13,076 nt of DNA from Thermostichus sp. DRC_bins_24 (GTDB lineage Bacteria > Cyanobacteriota > Cyanobacteriia > Thermostichales > Thermostichaceae). Positions 1-8,400 of the stretch are shown piece after piece. A program made the translations under genes and the position numbers. The stretch covers positions 1 through 13,076 of the forward strand of contig JAUQVK010000020.1 of NCBI GenBank assembly GCA_039794845.1, in the 5' to 3' direction. A model generated the notes under the pieces. That model searched no databases and was not told the origin of the DNA. It was given only the letters and a program-made list of their open reading frames with translations. Numbering within the stretch: position 1 is the stretch's first letter; each line of letters opens with the position of its first letter.

Positions 1-1257
1 TTTCCAATCGGGTACCTCATCGTGGATCGTATCCATGACGGTTTTGCTTAGATCCAGGGCCTCCGCTTGATTCTGCTCAAAATAGGAGGGAATGACGTTG
101 TGGGCCCCCAGCTTAACGGATCCCTCGGTGGGAGGCTCTAGCCCCGTGATCAGGCGCAGCAGGGTGGATTTACCGGCTCCATTCGGCCCCAAAAAAGCAA
201 TGCGATCCCCTCGTTCGATTAGCAGTTCTGCCCCCAAAAAGAGGATCTTATCGCCGTAGCTGTGGGTTAGATCTTTGATCTCTACCACTTCACGACCACT
301 GCGAGGGGCAGGTGGAAAGCGAAACTTGAGGGTGCGCACATCGCCCACAGGAGCTTCGACGCGCTCAATTTTCTCCAGTTGTTTCTCACGACTTTTGGCC
401 TGGGTGCTGCGGGTGGCGCTGGCCCGGAATCGATCCACAAAGGCTTGCTGTTTTTCGATTTCTTTTTGCTGGCGTTCGTAGGTGGCCTGCTGGGCTTCCC
501 GTTGTTCGGCTTTTTGTAGAAGATATTGAGAATAATTGCCTAAATAAGTGGTCGAGATCCCGCGCTCCGTTTCGACAATTTGGGTGCAGAGCCGATCCAG
601 AAACTCTCGGTCGTGAGAGACGATCACCATGGGAATGGTCAGACCCTTTAGGTAGGTTTCTAGCCATTCAATGGTTTCCAGATCCAGGTGGTTGGTGGGT
701 TCGTCCAGCAGCAACAAATCGGGTTTTTGCAGCAGGATTTTCCCTAAGCTCATGCGCATTTGCCAGCCCCCGCTAAAGGCGCTGACCAAGCGATCCCCAT
801 CTTCTGGCTCAAATCCCATTTCCGGCAAAATTTTGTCGATGCGGGCATCCAATTCGTAGCCATGCAGGCTTTCAAATTGTCGCTGTAGGCGATCCATGCG
901 ATGCAACAGGGTTTCCAGGGTATCGGGATCCGCCTGTTCCATCTGCCGCATCACCTGGGCCAATTCCAATTGAATGCGGTTTTCTTCCTCAAAGACGGTC
1001 CAAAACTCTTCTCGAACCGTACGAGCGGGATCCACCTCGAACTCTTGGGTGAGATAGGCAATCTGTAGGCTGGCGGGGCGAATCACTTCGCCGGTGGTGG
1101 GCTCTTCCTGGCCGGAGATGATCTTGAGTTGGGTGGTTTTCCCGGCCCCATTCACCCCCACCAAGCCGATGCGATCACCGGGTTTCACCTCCCAGTTCAC
1201 ATCCCGTAGCACTTCGCCTGTTGGGTAGATCTTGCTGATGTGTTCCAGTCGCAGCAT
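1..1257 (-). CDS. ABC-F family ATP-binding protein (tandem ABC domains, no transmembrane segments seen; EttA/Uup/YheS-like), 3' end runs off the window
   Basis: Manual translation from the ATG at 1257 gives MLRLEHISKIYPTGEVLRDVNWEVKPGDRIGLVGVNGAGKTT (Walker A, 1135-1158). It continues with signature FSGGWQMR, Walker B LLLLDEPTNHLD, ISHDREFLD, linker YLGNYSQY and a second Walker A GPNGAGKS (166-189), and is still in frame at position 1 (...EALDLSKTVMDTIHDEVPDWK). It is absent from the ORF track because its stop codon lies outside the window. Confidence 0.95.
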   Translation of the reverse strand, partial: MLRLEHISKIYPTGEVLRDVNWEVKPGDRIGLVGVNGAGKTTQLKIISGQEEPTTGEVIRPASLQIAYLTQEFEVDPARTVREEFWTVFEEENRIQLELAQVMRQMEQADPDTLETLLHRMDRLQRQFESLHGYELDARIDKILPEMGFEPEDGDRLVSAFSGGWQMRMSLGKILLQKPDLLLLDEPTNHLDLETIEWLETYLKGLTIPMVIVSHDREFLDRLCTQIVETERGISTTYLGNYSQYLLQKAEQREAQQATYERQQKEIEKQQAFVDRFRASATRSTQAKSREKQLEKIERVEAPVGDVRTLKFRFPPAPRSGREVVEIKDLTHSYGDKILFLGAELLIERGDRIAFLGPNGAGKSTLLRLITGLEPPTEGSVKLGAHNVIPSYFEQNQAEALDLSKTVMDTIHDEVPDWK

Positions 1258-1444
1258 GGTGTTCCTTAGGGTGAGCGACGCCGATCCGGCGAACCGCAGA
1301 AGAAAGCCTTTGCCCCAACCCCGACATCCGAGAGTGTGGCGTTTTCTTTACATTCCCCACCCGATCTTACGCAGTCCTGGGATCCACGTCCACGCCCGGA
1401 TGACTTAGCTCCGCCCAGCCCTCCGCTTGGCAGCAAAACAAGGA

Positions 1445-1460
1445 TGTAAAGAAGGTTACA
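1445..1460. promoter_or_regulatory. Candidate NtcA-binding palindrome TGTA-N8-TACA
   Basis: TGTAAAGAAGGTTACA matches the extended NtcA consensus exactly and lies in the divergent intergenic region. A TAN3T element (TACACT, 1479-1484) follows on the + strand at 19 nt spacing, shorter than the canonical ~22 nt. Confidence 0.55.
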
Positions 1461-1558
1461 GTTTGTAGCGCTTCCCGTTACACTCCTATTCCATATGAAA
1501 TAATAAAGGAAGTATTAAAGAAGAGTTGATGCTGGATTTGTCCGATTGGGGTTCTTTC

Positions 1559-1582
1559 GAGGGTTTGGTTTGAGGGTTTGGT
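1559..1582 (+). repeat. 11-bp direct repeat GAGGGTTTGGT x2, period 13
   Basis: Exact copies at 1559-1569 and 1572-1582. Confidence 0.8.
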
Positions 1583-1730
1583 CGGTCAACCAAAAGTCTA
1601 TTGCAGCCCTTTTCGGTTTCCGGTGATATCTACTGCGGTCACACAGATCTGTCCCTTATCCGGTAAGGGGTTCTCCGTCGTCTAACACCCTAGGTGAAGT
1701 CGAAAAAGCCTGTAAAGCCGACTGAGTGGA

Positions 1731-1766
1731 GACTCTTGCAATTGGGGCATGAATTGTAAAGGAGTC
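1731..1766 (+). promoter_or_regulatory. Hairpin covering the Shine-Dalgarno sequence (AAGGAG, 1759-1764) of the kinase gene
   Basis: GACTC(1731-35) pairs with GAGTC(1762-66), and TTGCAATT(1736-43) pairs with AATTGTAA(1752-59) with one G-U pair. There is a 2-nt bulge and an 8-nt loop; the ATG is at 1775. Confidence 0.5.
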
Positions 1767-1774
1767 AAGTTGAG

Positions 1775-4597
1775 ATGGCAATTCCACAATGTATTCCCGT
1801 TCCTGGGTTGCATTCCGAAATGATGCAGAGCTCAGAAACCCATTCTCATTTGGAGCAATTCAAGCAGACGAAGCGAGATTTGGAAAAAAGGAACCGGGAA
1901 TTGCAGCTCCTCTATCAACTGTCCAGACTGCATCTGTCGGCCGCCACCTTGGACCGAGTTTTTCAGTTGGCGGCGGCTCAAATCGCGGAAGTGACCGAAT
2001 TTCCGGTGGTGGCGATTGGGCTGTACGATGCAACCCGCCAGGTGATGGTGTTTGAGGGCATGACCGGGATCCCCTTACCGGCCGGGGTTTCGGTGCTGGA
2101 AGTGCCTGTGTCGGAGACCTGTTCAGGCACCGTGGTGCAGCACAAGCAGCCTGTTGTTAAAACCTATGCCCCCGGAGAAGAGAAACCCTGTGATCGCAAT
2201 AGTCTGCTCAGTCAACTGAAGATTGGCACCTTTGTTTGTATTCCCATGCTGGTTGGGGAAGAAGCCATTGGCACCCTCAGTCTGGCTCATCCCGAACCCA
2301 TTGAAGTGGATAGAGAACAGTTGGCGGGGCTGACCAGTTTGGCCAATTATCTGGCCCTGTTAGCCCACAACAAAAGAGTGGAAGCGGATCTGCGCCAAAG
2401 CCATGAGCGCTACTGTTTGGCTACCCGGGTGGTGAAAGGCATCGTTTACGAATGGGATCCGCAGGCCAATTCCGTTTTGCGGGAGAAGGGTTTGTTTGAG
2501 CTGTTGGGCTTTCGAGAAGAGGAGGTAGAGCCCACCGGAGACTGGTGGTTTGAACGCATTCATCCCGAGGATTTGCCTGCTTGTAGGGCTGAGTTTAAGC
2601 GGCTCTTCTCCGGTGGACAAGATCAATTTCAATGCGAATATCGCGTCCGTCGTCGAGATGGATCCTATGTGTTTGTGTTGGATCGGGGGATAGTTCTCCG
2701 GGATCCACAAGGGCAGATTACCCGAGTTATTGGAAACACTCAAGACATCAGCGAAGAGAAAGCAGCTGAACAAACCTTGCACCAACAATTGCGACAAACC
2801 CAGCTGCTGGCAGAAATTTCCCACCACATTCGTGAATCGTTGGATCTCGACCAAATCCTCAATCGGACGGTTTCGGAAGTGCGATCCCTACTGCAAACGG
2901 ATCGGGTGATCCTGTTTCAGCTTCGCCCCGATGGGAGCGGGGATGTGGTAACAGAGTCGGTGGCGGATCCTTGGCGACCGATTTTGGGATCCAACATTTA
3001 CGACCGTTGTTTTGCCCAATCGTTTATGGCGCCCTATCGGCAGGGACGGGTGAAAGCCATTGAAGACATCGAAACCGTCGGGCTTGATCCTTGTCATGTG
3101 CAGTTGCTCCGGCAGCATCAGGTGCGGGCCAACTTGGTGGTGCCCATCCTGCAGGAGGGATCCCTATGGGGCTTGTTGATTGCCCATCATTGTCGTGGCC
3201 CTCGCCGTTGGCAACCTCATGAGGTGGATCTGCTTAAGCATTTGGCGGATCAGGTGGCCATTGCCATTCAGCAATCGCAGCTTTATCAGCAGGTGCGCCA
3301 GCTCAATGCCGACCTAGAAGATATGGTGGAAGACCGCACCCAACAACTGCGGCAGGCCCTCGAGTTTGAATCCTTGCTCAAAGGCATGATCGAGAAAGTG
3401 CGCGATAGCCTAGACGAAGACTACATTTTACAAACTGCTGTTGAAGAATTGGGTCGCCAACTCCAGGTTATATGCTGCGATACTGCCCTTTATCATTTGG
3501 AAGAGCAATCCTCCACGATCAATCACGAATATCTCAACCCCGATAGCCCAGGGTTGCTGCCTGCGCTGGGCAAAGTGGTCTCCTTCCAAACCTTTCCCGA
3601 TCTTTATCACCAACTTCTGCAGGGCCAGTCCATTCAATTTTGTCTGCGGTTAAGCCCTTCTTATCGCAACCCTTCCCCGGCCCCCGAAGAACGATTCACG
3701 GTGCTCAGTTGTCCGCTCCAGGATGAGAACCAAGTCTTGGGGGATATGTGGCTCTACAAATCCGCATTGGCGACCTTCAGCGACGCGGAAGTACGGATGA
3801 TTCAACAGGTGGCCAATCAATGTGCCATCGCCCTGCGGCAAGCCCGCCTCTACAAAGCTTCCCAGGCCCAAGTCCAAGAATTGGAACGTCTGAACCGACT
3901 GAAAGATGACTTTTTGAGTACCGTCTCTCACGAGTTACGCTCTCCCATGGCCAGCATCAAAATGGCGGCAAAAATGTTGTCGGTGGTGCTGGATCGGGTG
4001 GATATTTCCAGCGAAAACGAAGCGGTCATCCAACGCTATTTGTCTATCCTCGACCAGGAATGTGCGCGAGAAACCAACCTGATCAACGATCTCCTAGAAC
4101 TCTCCCGCCTCGATGCCAATACCCAGCCGGTGGAATGGACCTCCCTCAACCTAGAAGACTGGCTGCCCCGCCAGTTGGATCCCTTTCGAGAACGGGCCGC
4201 CTCCCACGCTCAAACCCTCACCCTTCTTTTGCCAGAGCATCTGCCCCCCGTCATCACCTCCCCAGGGTATCTGGAGCGCGTTGTTACGGAGCTGCTCACC
4301 AATGCCTGCAAATACACCCCGGCGGGAGAGCAGATCACCGTCTCCATCACCTTCCTGGCGGATACCTGGCAACTGCAGGTGGCGAATACAGGCGTGGTCA
4401 TCCCCCCAGAAGAACTGGCACGGGTATTCGACAAATTCTATCGGGTACCCAACAACGATCCCTGGAAACATGGGGGTACGGGTCTGGGCCTGGCCTTGAG
4501 CCAAAAAGTTGCCGAACGCCTCCGGGGATCCCTGCGGGCCGAAAGTGGGCGGAACGAAACCCGATTCATTCTGGAGTTGCCCTTGCAACCGGAGTAA
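1775..4597 (+). CDS. Cyanobacteriochrome sensor histidine kinase: GAF - PAS/PAC - DXCF-type CBCR GAF - GAF - HisKA - HATPase_c
   Basis: 940-aa ORF with AAGGAG 10 nt upstream. PAS/PAC motifs are RIHPED and EYRVRRRDGSY. The CBCR GAF contains DRV, DRCF, CH and LWGLLIAHHC..PRRW. The H-box is FLSTVSHELRSP (His codon 3929), the N-box ELLTNACKYT, and the G1/F/G2 boxes NTGVVIP, VFDKFYR and GGTGLGL. No transmembrane segment is obvious. Confidence 0.95.
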   Translation: MAIPQCIPVPGLHSEMMQSSETHSHLEQFKQTKRDLEKRNRELQLLYQLSRLHLSAATLDRVFQLAAAQIAEVTEFPVVAIGLYDATRQVMVFEGMTGIPLPAGVSVLEVPVSETCSGTVVQHKQPVVKTYAPGEEKPCDRNSLLSQLKIGTFVCIPMLVGEEAIGTLSLAHPEPIEVDREQLAGLTSLANYLALLAHNKRVEADLRQSHERYCLATRVVKGIVYEWDPQANSVLREKGLFELLGFREEEVEPTGDWWFERIHPEDLPACRAEFKRLFSGGQDQFQCEYRVRRRDGSYVFVLDRGIVLRDPQGQITRVIGNTQDISEEKAAEQTLHQQLRQTQLLAEISHHIRESLDLDQILNRTVSEVRSLLQTDRVILFQLRPDGSGDVVTESVADPWRPILGSNIYDRCFAQSFMAPYRQGRVKAIEDIETVGLDPCHVQLLRQHQVRANLVVPILQEGSLWGLLIAHHCRGPRRWQPHEVDLLKHLADQVAIAIQQSQLYQQVRQLNADLEDMVEDRTQQLRQALEFESLLKGMIEKVRDSLDEDYILQTAVEELGRQLQVICCDTALYHLEEQSSTINHEYLNPDSPGLLPALGKVVSFQTFPDLYHQLLQGQSIQFCLRLSPSYRNPSPAPEERFTVLSCPLQDENQVLGDMWLYKSALATFSDAEVRMIQQVANQCAIALRQARLYKASQAQVQELERLNRLKDDFLSTVSHELRSPMASIKMAAKMLSVVLDRVDISSENEAVIQRYLSILDQECARETNLINDLLELSRLDANTQPVEWTSLNLEDWLPRQLDPFRERAASHAQTLTLLLPEHLPPVITSPGYLERVVTELLTNACKYTPAGEQITVSITFLADTWQLQVANTGVVIPPEELARVFDKFYRVPNNDPWKHGGTGLGLALSQKVAERLRGSLRAESGRNETRFILELPLQPE
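2840..3286 (+). other. Bilin-binding DXCF cyanobacteriochrome GAF domain within the kinase
   Basis: DRCF motif at 3002-3013 supplies the second Cys (C412). The canonical CH motif at 3092-3097 supplies C440-H441. Confidence 0.88.
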
Positions 4598-4676
4598 CAT
4601 TTTCCTTCGCGACATCCGGGATCCCGAAATGGGGCAAGCTAGAACTGACCTATTTTCGGCTGGGATCCCCCCTGCC

Positions 4677-5273
4677 ATGAATTCTTCCATCCGTGTTCTC
4701 ATCGCCGACGATCATCCCCTGTTCCGGCTGGGGTTGAAGTTTGCTCTGCAAGCTCAGGGGTTTGAGGTGGTGGCAGAAGCGGAAACGGGATCCCAGGCGG
4801 TGAACTGTTGCCGAGAGACTCCGATTGACGTAGCCATTTTGGATGTGCGCATGCCGGATGGCGATGGCATTGTGGCCTGCCAGCAAATCACTGCGTTGGG
4901 TCTGCCCCTGGTGGTGCTGTTGATGACCACCTTTCAGGAGCCTGCCCTCATCGAAGCCGCCCGCCGAGCAGGAGCCAAGGGGTATCTCTCCAAAGAGACC
5001 GATCCAGCGGAGCTGGCCCGGATGATCCGGCAAATTGTGGCCGCGCCCGAGCAAGATTGGCTCCCCGCCAAGCAAAACTTGCCCCACCTCACCCCACGGG
5101 AGCTGTGTGTGCTGCAACTGATGATGGAGGGGTTGGCCAACAAACAAATTGCCCGCCGCCTCGGCCTGAGCATTGAAACCGTGAAGGAATACGCCAGCAC
5201 CGCCTACCGCAAACTGGAGGCCAGCGACCGCGTCACCGCCCTGTTCAAAGCGCAACAACTGGGCATTTTGTAA
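4677..5273 (+). CDS. NarL/FixJ (LuxR-HTH) family response regulator, 198 aa
   Basis: Receiver domain has RVLIADDHPLFR, phosphoacceptor AILDVRMP (Asp codon 4842), MTT and YLSKE. The LuxR HTH is LTPRELCVLQLMMEGLANKQIARRLGLSIETVK. I chose the ATG at 4677 because the receiver domain starts there; an in-frame ATG at 4629 is an alternative. Confidence 0.93.
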   Translation: MNSSIRVLIADDHPLFRLGLKFALQAQGFEVVAEAETGSQAVNCCRETPIDVAILDVRMPDGDGIVACQQITALGLPLVVLLMTTFQEPALIEAARRAGAKGYLSKETDPAELARMIRQIVAAPEQDWLPAKQNLPHLTPRELCVLQLMMEGLANKQIARRLGLSIETVKEYASTAYRKLEASDRVTALFKAQQLGIL

Positions 5274-5357
5274 AGCGACGTGTAGAGGGAGCCTAGGGTT
5301 CCCCCCAGAGGTGGGGATGCCTGGTGGCAATGATCACCTGCATACTGTTGCTAGTTT

Positions 5358-5404
5358 GGCATCTTGGCAAGGGATCCCTTGTTTTGGGTGCCTTTCTCTT
5401 CTTT
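5358..5404 (+). terminator. Terminator/attenuator-like hairpin with a pyrimidine-rich tail
   Basis: The outer stem GGCATC(5358-63)/GGTGCC(5387-92) encloses the perfect 14-bp palindrome CAAGGGATCCCTTG (5368-5381). It is followed by TTTCTCTTCTTT (5393-5404). Confidence 0.4.
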
Positions 5405-5420
5405 CCGTCCTCTGAGAGAT

Positions 5421-8400
5421 ATGGCCATGCCTGCTCCTTCTACGCTGCTGCTCAAGCTCACCCTGCGGTTGCTCGGATCTTTGAAGGCGCGGGTGGACAA
5501 AGCCAAAATTCGGCAGCGCGGCTTTGTCTTGCCGATTGCCATCTTGATCGTCCTTGTGCTGAGTTTGGTAACGGTGGGTCTGTTGACTCGATCTACTCAG
5601 CGGAGCGTGCAAACCCAGGTTGAACGGGCCGGCCAAACCGTTAGCCGACAGTTGAATGCAGCCATTGACCGGGCTAGAGCCAAAATTGATTTCCTGGTTC
5701 GGGATCCGCGCTTACCCAACAGTGCCCCCACCGATGCCCAGTTTGCCTCGGCCCTGATTAACGACGGGGTTCTTATCCCCGAAAGTACCGATCAGCCCTA
5801 CATCCTGCCGGATGAAACCCAGTTTGTTATCACCACCGATATTCCAGTGGAGGATCCCCCTAATTCCGGGAATTTTATAGATGTCCCAGTACAGGCACCT
5901 GCTTGGTGGTTTTTGGTAGATACCGATAACAATGGCACCGATGACTCTGTAACGGTTTACACGATCCTGAGTGCTCGTCGGGCTGCCGGTAGAGACTTTG
6001 AAGACAACCTGACGGATACAGAGCGGGCACGTCGCCTAATGATTCGGAGTGGCCCACTGCAAGGGGCAGCCTTGGCAGGGTGTACCGATAGCCCCGCGGC
6101 TCAAACCATTAACCCCAACGTGGGGGATTGGTTCCAGGTGGGTTCTGCATTGTACAAGCCTTTCCAAGTGTATGCGGTTACCCTCCCGATTCAAGGGGCT
6201 GACTCGACAACTCGAGCTATTTCTGCCTTGCAATTCCAGCAGGATCGGCGGCGAGATGTATTGAACAAGTGGGGAGCCTTTAGCCGGGGGGATATGGAGT
6301 ACTTCTTCACCCCTGGCTACAACTGGAATGGTGCCATTTACGCCGGCGGCAGCCTGTTTTTCCGCTATGGGCCAGACAACCTATTCCGAGCCTTCACCAT
6401 CAGTTCCGAGCAATCCTGCTTCTACATGCCCGTGGATAACTCGGAAATTAAAGCCTTTGGAGAATTGGTAGCGGGGGCGATTGGTTTTGCCGGGCAGGAG
6501 GCCAGCGACAACATCCGCTTTGATGCCCATCCAGGATCCATTGATGTTGCACCCACCTTCTTCCCCAGTTTGAATAACCAGAATTTCGACTCGGTTGCCA
6601 ACGATGCCGACCCGGCGGCCATTGCTCTGGATCCCCTGGAATTGCACCTGTTTGGCCGCAACCGCAACCGAGGCACTTATGCCCAGGATCAGGCGGGTTG
6701 GAATACTTCTCCAGTGAATTCCAAGCGTTCCGGCGGGGATCCGGGGCGGGTAGAGGCAGGGGGGTTTGCCGCCGGATCCGGTCAGGTGTGCCCACCCTAC
6801 GTGGACGATGTCTATCGGGCAGACAATCGCTTTGGCCCAAAAGCTAGCTACGACCGGCCTCCCACGGTACCGGATCCGGTGAGGGGTTGTGATGTGCCCA
6901 CCTTTGCCGAGACCTTTGGTCAGACGACTGGGGCTCCGATTGGTAGTGGGGCCATCAACAACCAAAATGAATCTTTAACCGCCGATGATCCCCCTCCCGG
7001 GGCCCTTTCGGAAGTCGGATTGGATGGCTATTGGGAACGTCGTTCTCGTCTAGAGGGTTTACGAGTCATTGTGGGGCAACGGCTGGAGCTCACTCGGACG
7101 GATTCACTGCCCCTGCCCCTGGTTCCTGCCCCTGCTGATCCTGGTGATCCCAGCAACCTGCAACCCATTTACATCAGCAACGAAGCCCGCCAACGCCAAA
7201 CCCTGCGGGACAATCCTGCCGCTGTACAAGCCACGGCGGTCTATCACTACAGTCAAAATCAGGGTCGCTTCCCGGTGGCTTGTTTGGCCACGGTTGCTCA
7301 CCCCGGTTCTGTCGACAGCCTGCGGCGGGCTTCCACTTTCCCCGCAGGCAACCAAGCCACCCAATTGGGGATTAACTTCTTTACGGGGCAAGGCACAAAC
7401 ACCTGGGAATATGACCCGACCCCCATGCAAACCCAAAACCGTTTGCAGGCCGGTACTCCGCTTTGGAATGCCCTGACCAACCTAGCCAACTTTGCCGGGG
7501 ATCCTCAGGGAGCCTTCCCGCCCACTCAAGAGCCCGGACGGATTCACCCAGATCCGTTTATCACGGCTTTCGGGAATTTCTCAGAGTTACGACGAATTAT
7601 TGACAGTGGTGTAGACTACACCAACCTGAGCCTGGCGGATCAAACTACGGTGCAGACCGCGGCCTGTATGCTGGGGATGCTCGCAGATAACATTATCCGC
7701 ATTCAAAACGCTGCTGTCGCCGGAGATTCGGCTGCACAGCTCCTGTGGAATGATATCCAGGCCAGCTTGGCGGGCAATCGGGAGACGAACCCGGTTACCG
7801 GTGCAGCGGTGAACCGTTTCTACTTGCCGCTGCGCTACATCTTTCCCACCGCCAATTTTAACCAAACGGATCCGATAGAAGCAGAACGCCGTGCTGCCTA
7901 TTCCTTCCTTCCTGCTACGGTGAATTATCTGGCGGTACCCGATTTGGCGCAGGTGGCCTTGCCCCCTCGGTCGGGGATTGGCAACTGGGCCTTGCCCCAT
8001 GCCCAACAAAATTGTCCCAACGCAACCGCTGGCCCCAACAGCAACCGATTTGATCTGATTCAGATTGATGGGCAGTGCCATCGGGTGCCCTTTAAGGACT
8101 CCGTCTTTTATGACGGACGAGAGGCAATGGCGGTGCGCAACCTGAACATTGACTTGGCCTTGATTACCAACAATGTCGACAATCAGTCCAATGGTCTGAT
8201 TGCCGGGGATACTTGGCTACCCGCCGGAATTGAAGAAAATCGAGAAGGGGGGATTTTCTACGCCTTCCGAGAGGATGCGGTACGGGAGGATGCCATTGCC
8301 CGCCCTGCTCTGGGGAGTTTTGCCGATTACCTAACCAATTGGCGCAACGGCACTGCCAGCGGCAACCTGGGCAGCGCTGGGGTAATGAATGCTGGACAAC

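Noticed and set aside
275..1360. Small ORFs 275-481, 386-667, 671-859 and 1175-1360
   Set aside because: They are shadow or alternate frames overlapping the ABC-F gene and have no recognisable motifs.
1630..1735. Known riboswitch (glnA glutamine or c-di-GMP-I) in the kinase leader
   Set aside because: I could not find the conserved core nucleotides of either family by eye, so it is kept only as an unassigned structured leader. An Rfam search would settle this.
4509..4676. N-terminal extension of the response regulator ORF (TTG start at 4509)
   Set aside because: It overlaps the kinase 3' end and has no domain features; the receiver domain begins at the ATG at 4677.
5364..5420. TTG start for the giant ORF
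   Set aside because: It lies inside a hairpin with no RBS; ATG 5421/5427 has a purine-rich upstream element and gives a reasonable prepilin leader.
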